Part shown: positions 26,871 to 36,569 of the stretch, one piece after another
Numbering within the stretch: the stretch's first letter is position 1
How the letters are laid out: each line of letters opens with the position of its first letter
From: an uncultured archaeon
GTDB lineage: Archaea; EX4484-52; LFW-46
Assembly: GCA_902384675.1 (NCBI GenBank)
Contig: CABMCT010000029.1
Span: 1-59,771 of the forward strand
Length of the DNA stretch: 59,771 nt
Reading direction: 5' to 3'
Notes under the pieces: generated by a model
Databases searched by the model: none
Told to the model about the DNA's origin: nothing
Seen by the model: only the letters and a program-made list of their open reading frames with translations
Position numbers and translations under genes: made by a program

Positions 26871-27812
26871 TTATTTTCTCTTTCCCTTTTGTATCCATTC
26901 AATATATTCCTTTATTCCTGCTTCTATGGTGTATTTTGGCTCATATCCTAAAATGTGCCTTGCTTTTGATATGTCTGCAAGCGTATGGGCGACGTCACCG
27001 CTTTGGGAATTGACGTAGTTCAGATGTGCCTTCTTATCCAGGCATGCCTCTATAATCCTTATAATCTCTGATAAGGATACTCTCTGGCCCGAGCCTATAT
27101 TGAATATCTCTCCGCCAGATTTGCTGTTTGCCGAAAGAATAATTCCACGGACAGCATCTTTAACATAGGTAAAATCCCGTGTCTGCTGCCCGTTTCCATA
27201 AACGTCTATCGGCTCGCTGTTTAATATTTTATTGGCAAACTTGCATATCGCCTCATCAGGCCTTTGCCTCAGCCCGTAGACTGTAAAATATCTCAGGGCT
27301 ACAGTAGGCATGCCGTATGCCCTGTAGAAATTCATGCAATACTCTTCTGCTGCAAGTTTGCTGCATCCGTAAGGAGATATCGGGGCGCATTTTCGTTCCT
27401 CGTTTACCGGCAGCAGGTTTTCAGGCACGTTCCCATAAACAGAGGAGGAGGAGGCATAAACGAATTTCCTGATGTTTGAGGATAAGCATTTTTCCAGCAA
27501 TAAAAACGTGGCTGCCGCGTTCAGCTCAAAGTATTTTTTCGGGTTTTCAATTGAATATCTTACGCCGCCTATGCCCGCCTGGTGATATATTACATCAGCA
27601 TCCTTTATTATGTCCTTGTTTATTTTTCTTACATCCTGCTTTAAGAATTTGAAATTTTTGTATTTCTTTAATTCGGATAAATTCTTCTTCTTTATGCCTA
27701 CATCATAATAATCGTCAAAACAATCAATTCCAATCACCTGTTCGTTGTTTTTCAGCAGCTCCTCTGCCAGGTTGGAACCTATGAAACCGGCGCAGCCCGT
27801 CACGATTATCAT
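26871..27812 (-). CDS. NAD-dependent nucleotide-sugar epimerase (UDP-glucuronate 4-epimerase-like)
   Basis: GCAGFIG, ASSSSVYG, PYGCSK, LRYFTVYG.RQRPD and QTRDFTY. Confidence 0.88.
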   Translation of the reverse strand: MIIVTGCAGFIGSNLAEELLKNNEQVIGIDCFDDYYDVGIKKKNLSELKKYKNFKFLKQDVRKINKDIIKDADVIYHQAGIGGVRYSIENPKKYFELNAAATFLLLEKCLSSNIRKFVYASSSSVYGNVPENLLPVNEERKCAPISPYGCSKLAAEEYCMNFYRAYGMPTVALRYFTVYGLRQRPDEAICKFANKILNSEPIDVYGNGQQTRDFTYVKDAVRGIILSANSKSGGEIFNIGSGQRVSLSEIIRIIEACLDKKAHLNYVNSQSGDVAHTLADISKARHILGYEPKYTIEAGIKEYIEWIQKGKRK

Positions 27813-27865
27813 GCTTGTTTTTAGAATACAAACTCATATAAAGGTTAATTCATGAACTATACATC

Positions 27866-28789
27866 ATGATTTCTGTCATTGTGCCGCTATATAACGAAGA
27901 GGAAAATGCGGAACTTCTTTACAAGGAGCTGGCAGATGTCCTCAAAAAACTTAAAGACGGCTATGAAATCATTTTTATCGACGACGGCAGCAGGGACAGA
28001 ACCTGCGAAATCCTGGAAAAAATCTCCAAATCCGACAAAAAAGCAAAGGTCATCCAGTTCAGGAGAAACTTCGGACAGACAGCGGCGGTTCAGGCAGGAA
28101 TAGACAATGCTTCCGGCGATATAATAATTACAATGGACGGGGATTTGCAGAACGACCCCCAGGATATTCCAAAGCTCCTTGAAAAAATCAACGAAGGATA
28201 TGATATTGTCAGCGGGTGGAGATATAACCGCAATGACTCATTTCAGAAAAAGATTTTCTCCAGGTTCTCCAACCGGCTTGCAAGATACCTTACAGGAATA
28301 GGGCTTCACGATTTCGGGTGCAGCCTCAAAGCCTACAGGAAAGATGTGATAAAGGACATAAGGCTTTACGGGGAAATGCACCGGTATATTCCCGCTGTTG
28401 CTTTTAAAGACGGGGCAAAAATTGCCGAAATAAAAGTAGAGCACCGCAGAAGAAAATTCGGCAAATCAAAATACGGTATGGGCAGGTTGATGAGGGGCTT
28501 TCTGGATTTGCTCTATATCAAATTTTGGATGGACTATTCGGCAAGGCCTCTGCACCTCTTCGGGTTTTTTGGCACGGCCCAGATACTGCTTGGAATCCTG
28601 TTCGCGGCCTATAATCTTGCCAGGTACGGATTACTGCTTCAGGTAGGGCCGCTGCTTCTTTTATCCATATTCCTGGTTTCAAACGGCGTGTTGTTTGTGA
28701 TGTTCGGCTTTATGGGCGAAATCATCGTGCGGACATATTATGCTTCAAAAGGCGAGACATACTATAAGATTAAAAAAGTCGTAAACTAA
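27866..28789 (+). CDS. GT2 polyprenol-phosphate glycosyltransferase (ArnC/GtrB-like) with C-terminal TMs
   Basis: IDDGSRD, RNFGQTAA, MDGDLQNDP, DFGCSLKAYR and EMHRYIP. Confidence 0.9.
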   Translation: MISVIVPLYNEEENAELLYKELADVLKKLKDGYEIIFIDDGSRDRTCEILEKISKSDKKAKVIQFRRNFGQTAAVQAGIDNASGDIIITMDGDLQNDPQDIPKLLEKINEGYDIVSGWRYNRNDSFQKKIFSRFSNRLARYLTGIGLHDFGCSLKAYRKDVIKDIRLYGEMHRYIPAVAFKDGAKIAEIKVEHRRRKFGKSKYGMGRLMRGFLDLLYIKFWMDYSARPLHLFGFFGTAQILLGILFAAYNLARYGLLLQVGPLLLLSIFLVSNGVLFVMFGFMGEIIVRTYYASKGETYYKIKKVVN

Positions 28790-28798
28790 GGTATTCTG

Positions 28799-30658
28799 AT
28801 GTGTGGTATCTGCGGGTTTACTTTCGAGGACAAAACGCTTCTGAAGAACATGTGCAGGCTAATTGCCCACCGCGGGAATGATGCACGCGGGTTCTATTAT
28901 GATAAAAACATAAGCCTGGGGCACCAGAGACTGAGTATAATTGACCTTGAAGGCGGAAAGCAGCCAATATATAACGAGAATAAAGACATTTGCGTTGTTT
29001 ACAATGGCGAAATATACAATTTTGCCGAATTAAAGGAAGAGCTCCAAAATCTGGGGCACAAATTTTATACAAATACGGATACGGAAGTTATAGTTCACGC
29101 ATATGAGGAATGGGGCACTGATTGCGTCAGGAAGTTTAACGGCATGTATGCATTTGCGCTCTGGAATTCAAAGGATAAAGAGCTTTTCCTTGCGCGCGAC
29201 AGGCTCGGGATAAAGCCGCTTTATTACACAATCATAAACGGGAGCCTGGCATTTGCCTCCGAATCAAAAGCTTTGATGATCCTGCCGGGGTTTGACAAGA
29301 CCCTGAACAAAAATGCAATCGATATGTACCTGACATTCAGGGCAGTTCTTGGCCAGGAGTGTATGTTTTCTTCTGTCAAAAAGCTTCTTCCGGGGCATAC
29401 GCTTTTGTGGAAAAGCAAAAAAACCAGGATAGAAAAATACTGGGGTGTGGAGGAAAAATTCCTGGAGCCGACAGAAAAAGAAATTATCCAAAACCTCAGG
29501 AGCCTGCTTGAAGACTCCGTGAAACGGCATATGATTGCCGACGTTCCTGTCGGTGCGTTTTTATCGGGAGGCCTTGATTCTAGTGCGGTCGTTGCCCTGA
29601 TGAGCAAATACGGGACCGTGAAAACGTTTTCCGTCGGTTTTGGAGGCGAATTTGACGAGCTCAAATACGCAAAAACAGTGTCCGAGAAATTCCGGACAGA
29701 CCACCATGAAATATACGTAAAAGAGGATGCTCTTTCGCTTTTGCCAAAAATCGTATGGCATTTTGACGAGCCTGTCGCTGACCCTGCGGCAGTGCCGACA
29801 TATGTTTTGTCAAGGGAAACAAGGAAAAAATGCAAAGTGGTGCTCACAGGCGAAGGAGGGGATGAGATTTTCGCGGGGTATGAGCAGTACAAGTTCATGA
29901 CACTAAAGGAGCGGTTTAAGGGCGCCTCAAAAGCCGCAGGTTCGGTGATTGGTGCGGTTCCACCATCCCTGCTTTCATATGCATTTCCTTATGCGAGCCG
30001 GCTTGGAATGAAGGGAATAAGGAGAGCCAGGGGATTTTTAAGAGAGGATGGGTTCGAGAAAGCGTATATGGAAATAACTTCTGTTTTTAACGAGGATGAT
30101 TTGAATGCAATTTGCGGCAGCAGCGGGTATTCGCTTGAATTTCTTAAATCGGCAATGTCGCGATACAAGCACCCCCTGAACAAGATGCAGCTGTTTGAGC
30201 TTGAAAACATACTCCCTGATAACCTGCTTATGAAGGTTGACCGAATGACCATGGCGCACTCGCTTGAAGCACGCGTCCCGCTTCTTGACCACCGGATAGC
30301 AGAATATTCCTTTTCACTGCATCCATCCATAAGGTTCAGGAACTCGGAGCCAAAGTATCTGTTCAAGAAGTCTGTAAAAGATATCCTTCCAAAAGAAATA
30401 CTAAACAGGCGAAAGCAGCGATTTTTTGTCCCGATAGATGAGTGGCTCCAGAAACGCGAAGCAAAGAATTATATTGAAAATTTCTACTTATCCGGAGATA
30501 CGCACGCGGGCTTGAAAGTGAACCCGAAATACATACATAATATTTTCCAGAATTACGACAATTCAAAGTTGTTCTATGCCCGCCAGCTATGGAGCCTGCT
30601 GAATATGGCGATGTGGTATGAGACATTTGTAGATAAGGATGCGGGAAATGCTTTATAA
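28799..30658 (+). CDS. asnB: Asparagine-synthetase-like glutamine amidotransferase, probably acting on a sugar
   Basis: MCGICG, HRG.D, NGEIYN, LSGGLDSS, LTGEGGDE and DRMTMAHSLEARVP. Confidence 0.92.
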   Translation: MCGICGFTFEDKTLLKNMCRLIAHRGNDARGFYYDKNISLGHQRLSIIDLEGGKQPIYNENKDICVVYNGEIYNFAELKEELQNLGHKFYTNTDTEVIVHAYEEWGTDCVRKFNGMYAFALWNSKDKELFLARDRLGIKPLYYTIINGSLAFASESKALMILPGFDKTLNKNAIDMYLTFRAVLGQECMFSSVKKLLPGHTLLWKSKKTRIEKYWGVEEKFLEPTEKEIIQNLRSLLEDSVKRHMIADVPVGAFLSGGLDSSAVVALMSKYGTVKTFSVGFGGEFDELKYAKTVSEKFRTDHHEIYVKEDALSLLPKIVWHFDEPVADPAAVPTYVLSRETRKKCKVVLTGEGGDEIFAGYEQYKFMTLKERFKGASKAAGSVIGAVPPSLLSYAFPYASRLGMKGIRRARGFLREDGFEKAYMEITSVFNEDDLNAICGSSGYSLEFLKSAMSRYKHPLNKMQLFELENILPDNLLMKVDRMTMAHSLEARVPLLDHRIAEYSFSLHPSIRFRNSEPKYLFKKSVKDILPKEILNRRKQRFFVPIDEWLQKREAKNYIENFYLSGDTHAGLKVNPKYIHNIFQNYDNSKLFYARQLWSLLNMAMWYETFVDKDAGNAL

Positions 30659-30683
30659 AAGTTAAATCCCTTTTATCTTTATG

Positions 30684-30750
30684 AAAATGAAAGTCATCTC
30701 GTTCGCGAGCAGCGAACTCGAAGCTTTTCATTTTTTAATGCATGAGGTGA
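30684..30750 (-). repeat. Repeat-family module in the radical SAM leader
   Basis: AAAATGAAA-GTCATCTCGTTCGC-gagca-GCGAACTCGAAGCT-TTTCATTTT, then ATGCA and GAGGTG. Confidence 0.8.
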
Positions 30751-30757
30751 TTAAAAA

Positions 30758-32182
30758 ATGAAAATTTTACTGTTGAATCCGCCATATTTGCCGAGATTCT
30801 CCCGCCAGAGCAGGTCGCCGTGCGTCACAAAGAGCGGAACACTTTACATGCCCTACTTTCTATCGTATATGGTGGGCGTTCTTGAAAAAGAAGGCTTTGA
30901 TGTAACGCTCCTTGATGCGGTTGCAAAAAACATGTCGCGCGAGCAAACAGTAGAATTTGCAAAAAGCCAGAATCCTGATTTGGTTGTTATTGATACAAGC
31001 ACGCCAAGCATATTTAATGATGCGGCTGTTGCAACTGCAATAAAGGAAGCAGTCCCACATGCGCACATAAACCTTGTCGGTACGCATCCGACAGCATTGC
31101 CGCATGAAACTATCGCGCTTGGAAAAATCGATTCTGTATGTCGCGGAGAATATGATTACACTGTAAGAGACCTTGCGCATGCCATTGAGGCAGGAAAAAA
31201 ATTGGATACTGTTGCAGGCTTATCGTTTAAGGAAGGAAAAAAGATTATTGACAACAAGCCGCGCGCAAGAATAGAAAATCTTGACGAATTGCCTTTTGTT
31301 TCTCAAGTCTACAAAAAGCACCTGAATATCCGAGATTATTTTTATGCGTCACTTACTTTTCCACAAATTACCATACTTTCTGCAAGGGGATGCCCGTATA
31401 ACTGCAGTTTTTGCAATTCCCCCTTTAAAGCATCATATCGCCCGCGCTCAATAGAAAACGTTGTTGAGGAACTCGAATATATCCAAAAAGAAATGCCCGA
31501 AGTCAAGGAGATAATGTTTGAGGACGAAACATTCCCGGCTGTCAAAAAAAGAACACTGGAACTTTGCGAGCTGATGAAAAAGCGCGGCATAAAAATAAAA
31601 TGGTCATGCAACGCGCGCGTAAATACTGACATAGAAACACTTGATGCAATGAAATCCGCAGGCTGCCGGCTTATGTGTGTCGGATTCGAGAGCCCGAATG
31701 CAAGGGTGCTTGAGTCAATACATAAAAGAACAACACGAGATATGCAGCTTGAATTCATGCGAAATGCAAGAAATGCAGGCCTGCTTGTGAACGGCTGCTT
31801 TGTCCTGGGTCTTGACAGCGACACAAGGGAAAGCATAAAAGAGACTGTCGAATTTGCAAAAGAATTGAATCCAGACACTGCGCAATTCTATCCTTTGATG
31901 GTTTATCCGGGAACAGAGGATTACAAGCGGGCAAAAGAAAAGGGTTATTTGACAACGGATGATTATTCAAAGTGGCTGACTCCTGAAGGCTTGCATAATT
32001 GCGTTGTCGACAGGCCGGGTTTGAACGGAGCAGACCTTGTAAGGCTTTGCGATGAGGCGCGCAGGCAGTTTTATTTGAGGCCGAAATATATCGGCTCAAA
32101 GCTTGCGCAGGGAATAAAAAATCCTTCGGAAATGATGCGTATATTGAAAGCAGGCGCAACATTTTTCAGGCATTTAAAATGA
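30758..32182 (+). CDS. Cobalamin-binding radical SAM protein
   Basis: N-terminal B12-binding-like domain (LLNPP, LVVIDTST, VGTH.TALP), RGCPYNCSFC, FEDETF and VGFES. Confidence 0.9.
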   Translation: MKILLLNPPYLPRFSRQSRSPCVTKSGTLYMPYFLSYMVGVLEKEGFDVTLLDAVAKNMSREQTVEFAKSQNPDLVVIDTSTPSIFNDAAVATAIKEAVPHAHINLVGTHPTALPHETIALGKIDSVCRGEYDYTVRDLAHAIEAGKKLDTVAGLSFKEGKKIIDNKPRARIENLDELPFVSQVYKKHLNIRDYFYASLTFPQITILSARGCPYNCSFCNSPFKASYRPRSIENVVEELEYIQKEMPEVKEIMFEDETFPAVKKRTLELCELMKKRGIKIKWSCNARVNTDIETLDAMKSAGCRLMCVGFESPNARVLESIHKRTTRDMQLEFMRNARNAGLLVNGCFVLGLDSDTRESIKETVEFAKELNPDTAQFYPLMVYPGTEDYKRAKEKGYLTTDDYSKWLTPEGLHNCVVDRPGLNGADLVRLCDEARRQFYLRPKYIGSKLAQGIKNPSEMMRILKAGATFFRHLK

Positions 32183-32199
32183 TGTTTAACGTGAGGAAG

Positions 32200-32487
32200 G
32201 GCATGGGTTCCAACTCATTGCATAATGTTAATCCTTTCGCTTGCGTTCTAGGCTTTTCAGCCCCCAAGCAATTGGCGAATTGTTGAAAATCCTCAAAAGC
32301 TTGCCATTTCGAACCTTGTGTTCGAAAGCTTGAAAATCTCTGAGATTTTCATGACGCAAGTGGCATGATTTTTATCCAAGTAAAATCATGACACCTCCAG
32401 CTTTTCAAGCTGGAAGCCTTCGAGATTTATCGGGATGGCTTCGTGTCAAGCTTTTCAACCCAATAATAATTGTGAATGGTTAAAAAT
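32200..32487. repeat. Largest repeat array, with modules in both orientations
   Basis: Plus strand: AAAAGCTTGCCA (32295)...TGGCATGATTTTT (32373) enclosing AAAGCTTGAAAATC...GATTTTCATGA. Minus strand: AAAATCATGACAC (32382)...GTGTCAAGCTTTT (32455), plus reversed CCA...TGGG and AAAAGCCTAGA modules. Confidence 0.9.
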
Positions 32488-32502
32488 GGAGAATGATAAA
32501 AA

Positions 32503-33474
32503 ATGATTTCAGTTATAATTCCGGCATATAATTCTGAAAAAACAATAAGGGGCTGCCTCCAAGCCCTTCAGTCTCAAAGCATCAAGGATATCGAAGTCAT
32601 TGTTGTGGACGACGGCTCAAGTGACGATACAGCGTCGATTGTCAAATCGTTCAAAAATGTAAAATTTTTCAAAAGACAGCACAAAGGCCCTGCATCGGAG
32701 CGGAATTTTGGCGCTAAAATGGCCAAGGGAGAAATACTTCTTTTTACGGATTCCGATTGCGAGCCGGACAAAAACTGGGTTTCTGAAATGGTTGCCCCGT
32801 TTAAGAGTGATAAGTCGGTTGTCGGCGTTTCAGGGACATACAGGACGCGCCAGAAAGAGCTGATTGCAAGATTCGCGCAGTACGAAATCGAGGAGCGGCA
32901 CGAGAAAATGGCAAAGGCGGGTTCCATTGATTTCATCGGGACGTTTTCGGCAGGATACAGGAAAGAAATATTTGACAAATTCGGCGGGTTTGACGAATCA
33001 TTTTCAACATCTGCAGGCGAGGACCCTGAGCTATCATTCAGAATCGCAGAAGCAGGTTATAAAATGGTCTTTGCGCCGAAAGCGTTTGTTTATCATACGC
33101 ATCCGAATACACTCCGGAAATATTTGAAGCAGAAATACAGGAATGCTTTTTGGAGGGTTGCTGTCTATGCAAAGAGAAAAAAGACTTTCAGGAAAGGGCA
33201 TTCTTATACACCGACAAGCGCGTTAATAGAAGCAATATGTGTCGCTGGATTTTTAATATCTTTGTTTTTGTATTTGATCTACCCGACCGCAGGATATAAA
33301 GCCATAACGCGAGGATTTTTGTTATTCACTTTCCTTCCATCGGCATTGCTTACATATCATATAGCTGAAAAAGATATCGCTGTTGGGATGGCTTCACCAT
33401 TCATAATAATTCTTCGCGCGTTTGTAACTGCGTTTGGAATTACGCGCGGCTTTCTTAAGAGGTACGTCGTATGA
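32503..33474 (+). CDS. GT2 glycosyltransferase with C-terminal TMs
   Basis: SVIIPAYN, VDDGSSD, FTDSDC and AGEDPEL. Confidence 0.9.
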   Translation: MISVIIPAYNSEKTIRGCLQALQSQSIKDIEVIVVDDGSSDDTASIVKSFKNVKFFKRQHKGPASERNFGAKMAKGEILLFTDSDCEPDKNWVSEMVAPFKSDKSVVGVSGTYRTRQKELIARFAQYEIEERHEKMAKAGSIDFIGTFSAGYRKEIFDKFGGFDESFSTSAGEDPELSFRIAEAGYKMVFAPKAFVYHTHPNTLRKYLKQKYRNAFWRVAVYAKRKKTFRKGHSYTPTSALIEAICVAGFLISLFLYLIYPTAGYKAITRGFLLFTFLPSALLTYHIAEKDIAVGMASPFIIILRAFVTAFGITRGFLKRYVV

Positions 33475-34610
33475 AAGTCACTTCGCAAGACCAAAAGCAT
33501 CCAGGCAGAAAACTCAAAGTTCTTCATGTCACAAATCACTTCTATCCATGCATCGGGGGAATCGAGACATACATTTTAAACCTGTCAAAAGGCCTGATAA
33601 AGCAGGGGCACACAAGTGATGTCTTATGCCTTAATACGTGCTCGAAAAGCAGGGAAAAGCTGCCAGCATCCGGGAATTACTGCGGGATTAATATTTATCG
33701 CGTTCCATATACGGATTTTAAGTACTACAAAGTCACGGGTATGATAGGGAAATACCTGAAGTCTTATGACATCATACACATACATGGGCTTGGGTTTTTT
33801 GCAGATTATCTTTCGATTACAAAGATGCTGCACAAAAAGCCCATGATTCTTTCGACATACGGCGGTATGTTCCATACGCAGCGCCTGATATCATTGAAGA
33901 AGGCGTACTTCTTTGGCTGGTGCCGCGTTGTGGCAAGAAGCTTTTCCAAAATAATTGCAATCAGCCCGGAAGACGAGAAAGTGGCGCGCCAATTATCGGG
34001 AAACGTCCAGCTTGTTGAGGCAGGCATTGATTATGAGCGGTTTTCATCTGCGAAAAAGAAGCTGGACAAGAACCTGCTTCTTTACGTCGGCCGCATATCC
34101 AGGAACAAGCGGGTTGATAACCTCATCAGGACCGTTTCTTACCTGAAGAAAGACTTAAAAGATATTAAGCTTTATATTATCGGAGAGGATTGGGAAAACC
34201 TCAAAACAGGACTCCAAAAACTTGCCGTAGAGAGAGATGTTGAAAAAAATATTGTATTTACGGGAAAAGTTTCCGACGAAAAACTGCTTGAATATTTGTC
34301 ACGGGCAAACTTTTTTGTCTCTGCATCAGAATACGAAAGCTTTGGGCTGTCTGTTGTGGAGTCGATGGCCGCTGGGTGCATACCGATTCTGAATGATATC
34401 GGGATTTTCAGGAACCTGATTGCTGACGGGAAAGAAGGCTTTATTGTCGATTTTAACAATCCTGAATCTGCGGCAAAGAAAATAAGCGCGATTTTCGGGA
34501 AGAACATCGAGCCCATAAGGAAAAGAAGCAGGCTGTTTTCAAAAAAATACTCGTGGGATAAAAAAGTATTGCTTGTAGAAAAAATCTACAATGACTCGAT
34601 AGGAATATGA
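33471..34610 (+). CDS. GT4 glycosyltransferase
   Basis: FYPCIGGIE, YVGRISRNKR and ESFGLSVVESMA. Confidence 0.9.
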   Translation: MKVTSQDQKHPGRKLKVLHVTNHFYPCIGGIETYILNLSKGLIKQGHTSDVLCLNTCSKSREKLPASGNYCGINIYRVPYTDFKYYKVTGMIGKYLKSYDIIHIHGLGFFADYLSITKMLHKKPMILSTYGGMFHTQRLISLKKAYFFGWCRVVARSFSKIIAISPEDEKVARQLSGNVQLVEAGIDYERFSSAKKKLDKNLLLYVGRISRNKRVDNLIRTVSYLKKDLKDIKLYIIGEDWENLKTGLQKLAVERDVEKNIVFTGKVSDEKLLEYLSRANFFVSASEYESFGLSVVESMAAGCIPILNDIGIFRNLIADGKEGFIVDFNNPESAAKKISAIFGKNIEPIRKRSRLFSKKYSWDKKVLLVEKIYNDSIGI

Positions 34611-36559
34611 TGATTGATATGGGAAAAACTGCCCTCATAACAGGCATTAGCGGCCAGGACGGGTCTTACCTGGCAGAGCTTTTGCTCCAGAAAAAATACA
34701 CTGTATTTGGCACACTGAAGCAGGAATCAGACAAATCCAGAATAACCCCTCTTCTTGACAGGATTACTGTTATAGATGCAGACATGTCCCGCGAGGAGTC
34801 TCTTGCAAATGCAATAAAGAAATCAGGGGCGGAAGAGGTCTATAATTTTGCGGCGCATTCTTTTCCGCAGTCATCGTGGGGCAGCCCGGTTGCAGTGGCA
34901 GAAGTCACTGCTATGGGGGTTGTTCGCCTGCTTGAGGCGATAAGAAAAACAAACCCTGCTATAAGGTTTTACCAGGCATCCACAAGCGAATTGTTCGGCA
35001 AAGCAACTACCCCGGTTCAAAACGAGAACACCCCGTTCCATCCAAGAAATCCATACGGAGTTGCAAAATTGTACGGGTACTGGGCAACCGTAAATTATCG
35101 CGAGCAGTATCATCTTCATGCATCAAACGGGATTGCATTCAACCACGAATCGCCCCAGCGCGGGCTCGAATACGTGACGCGGAAAATCACGCGTGGCGTT
35201 GCGCTGATACATGCCGGGCTTTCAGGAGAAATTGAGCTGGGCAGCCTTGATGCAAGAAGGGACTGGGGATTTGCAGGCGATTATTGTGTTGATTTAGATA
35301 CAAGCATTCTAACCAATGAAGGTTTCAAATATTACGACGAGATTAAGACTGGAGACACAGTTTTAAATTATAATACTAAAACAAACTGCTTGGAGCAAGA
35401 TAAAGTTATAAAAAAAGTTTTAATAAAAAACAAAGATAAAATGTACACTTTTCAAGGCAGGGGGTTAAAGTTGCGATGCTCCGCTAATCACCGAATATAC
35501 TACCAGAGGAAGTCTAAATCAAGTAAAGGCGGTTGGAGTAATTGGAAAATTTGTGATGCTAAAGATTTTTATAGTATCATAAAAAATTTGAAATTAAGAA
35601 CTAAATATGAGTTTAGATTGCCTCATGTGCAGGGTTATAAGAATAGGGGTCTAGAAATAAAAGATGATTGGTTCAAATTGATTGGTTATCTATTAAGTGA
35701 GGGGGTGTTATACGATGGTAATAGGAGTTTCCGAATTTCAGTGTCACAATCTAAAATTATAAACAAAGACGTATATGAAGATATTAATCGCACTTTAAAA
35801 AATCTGGGTCTTGTTCACAGAGTTAGAGAAAGAAGTGATGGTGTCGTTGAATTTATTTTTAATACCGCGAGTTCAGAAAAAATAATATCTTATTTTGATA
35901 GTTTTGATATACACTTAATGCCGAAATGGATATATAAGGCAGGGGATGGACAGTTAAAGCTATTATTTAAGGCAATGATGGATGGAGATGGCTGCTGGGG
36001 TACGATGAGGTATGTTTCCAAAAGAAAAGACTTAATTTCAAGTTTTCAAACTATCGCTACTATTTTAGGATACCGAACTACAATCCATCAAAGAAAATCA
36101 GGCATATGGGAATGTACCTTGATTGCTTTGAGAAAAAAATATATGTACATAACAGACTGTACTGAAGAAGACCATAATGAAAATGTATGGTGTGTTACTA
36201 CAGAAAATGGGACAATAGTAACCAACAAAGATAATGGAATTGCAGTTAGCGGAAATTGCAAAGCAATGTGGCTGATGCTGCAGCAGAAAAATCCTGACGA
36301 TTACGTGATTGCAACAGGAGAGACGCATTCTGTAAAGGACGTTGTCCAAACTGCGTTTGAAGCCGCCGGAATAAAAGACTGGGAGAAATATGTAAAAATA
36401 GACAAATCCCTTCTAAGGCCTCCTGAAAAATATACCTTATGCGGCGACAGCTCGAAGGCAAGAAAAGTGCTTGACTGGAAGCCTGAAGTCTCATTCAAAG
36501 AACTGATTAAGATGATGGTCGAGGCGGATATAAAGCTGGTAGAGAGTAAAGGAAACTAA
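34607..36559 (+). CDS. gmd: GDP-mannose 4,6-dehydratase interrupted by an intein (326-aa extein)
   Basis: GISGQDGSYL, PRNPYGVAK and FNHESP, then DWGFAGDY|324-aa insert|CKAMWLMLQQ...DDYVIATG. Confidence 0.93.
   Translation: MMIDMGKTALITGISGQDGSYLAELLLQKKYTVFGTLKQESDKSRITPLLDRITVIDADMSREESLANAIKKSGAEEVYNFAAHSFPQSSWGSPVAVAEVTAMGVVRLLEAIRKTNPAIRFYQASTSELFGKATTPVQNENTPFHPRNPYGVAKLYGYWATVNYREQYHLHASNGIAFNHESPQRGLEYVTRKITRGVALIHAGLSGEIELGSLDARRDWGFAGDYCVDLDTSILTNEGFKYYDEIKTGDTVLNYNTKTNCLEQDKVIKKVLIKNKDKMYTFQGRGLKLRCSANHRIYYQRKSKSSKGGWSNWKICDAKDFYSIIKNLKLRTKYEFRLPHVQGYKNRGLEIKDDWFKLIGYLLSEGVLYDGNRSFRISVSQSKIINKDVYEDINRTLKNLGLVHRVRERSDGVVEFIFNTASSEKIISYFDSFDIHLMPKWIYKAGDGQLKLLFKAMMDGDGCWGTMRYVSKRKDLISSFQTIATILGYRTTIHQRKSGIWECTLIALRKKYMYITDCTEEDHNENVWCVTTENGTIVTNKDNGIAVSGNCKAMWLMLQQKNPDDYVIATGETHSVKDVVQTAFEAAGIKDWEKYVKIDKSLLRPPEKYTLCGDSSKARKVLDWKPEVSFKELIKMMVEADIKLVESKGN
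35285..36256 (+). mobile_element. Class 1 intein with LAGLIDADG homing endonuclease
   Basis: Starts CVDLDTSILT; block B CSANHRI; LIGYLLSEG and FKAMMDGDG motifs; VWCVTT...SGN|C end; much more AT-rich than the exteins. Confidence 0.93.
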
Positions 36560-36569
36560 ATACAATCCC

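Noticed and set aside
32200-32487. Integron attC cassette array
   Set aside because: No RYYYAAC/GTTRRRY core ends bracket the hairpins, there is no integrase, and copies do not consistently follow single cassette ORFs.
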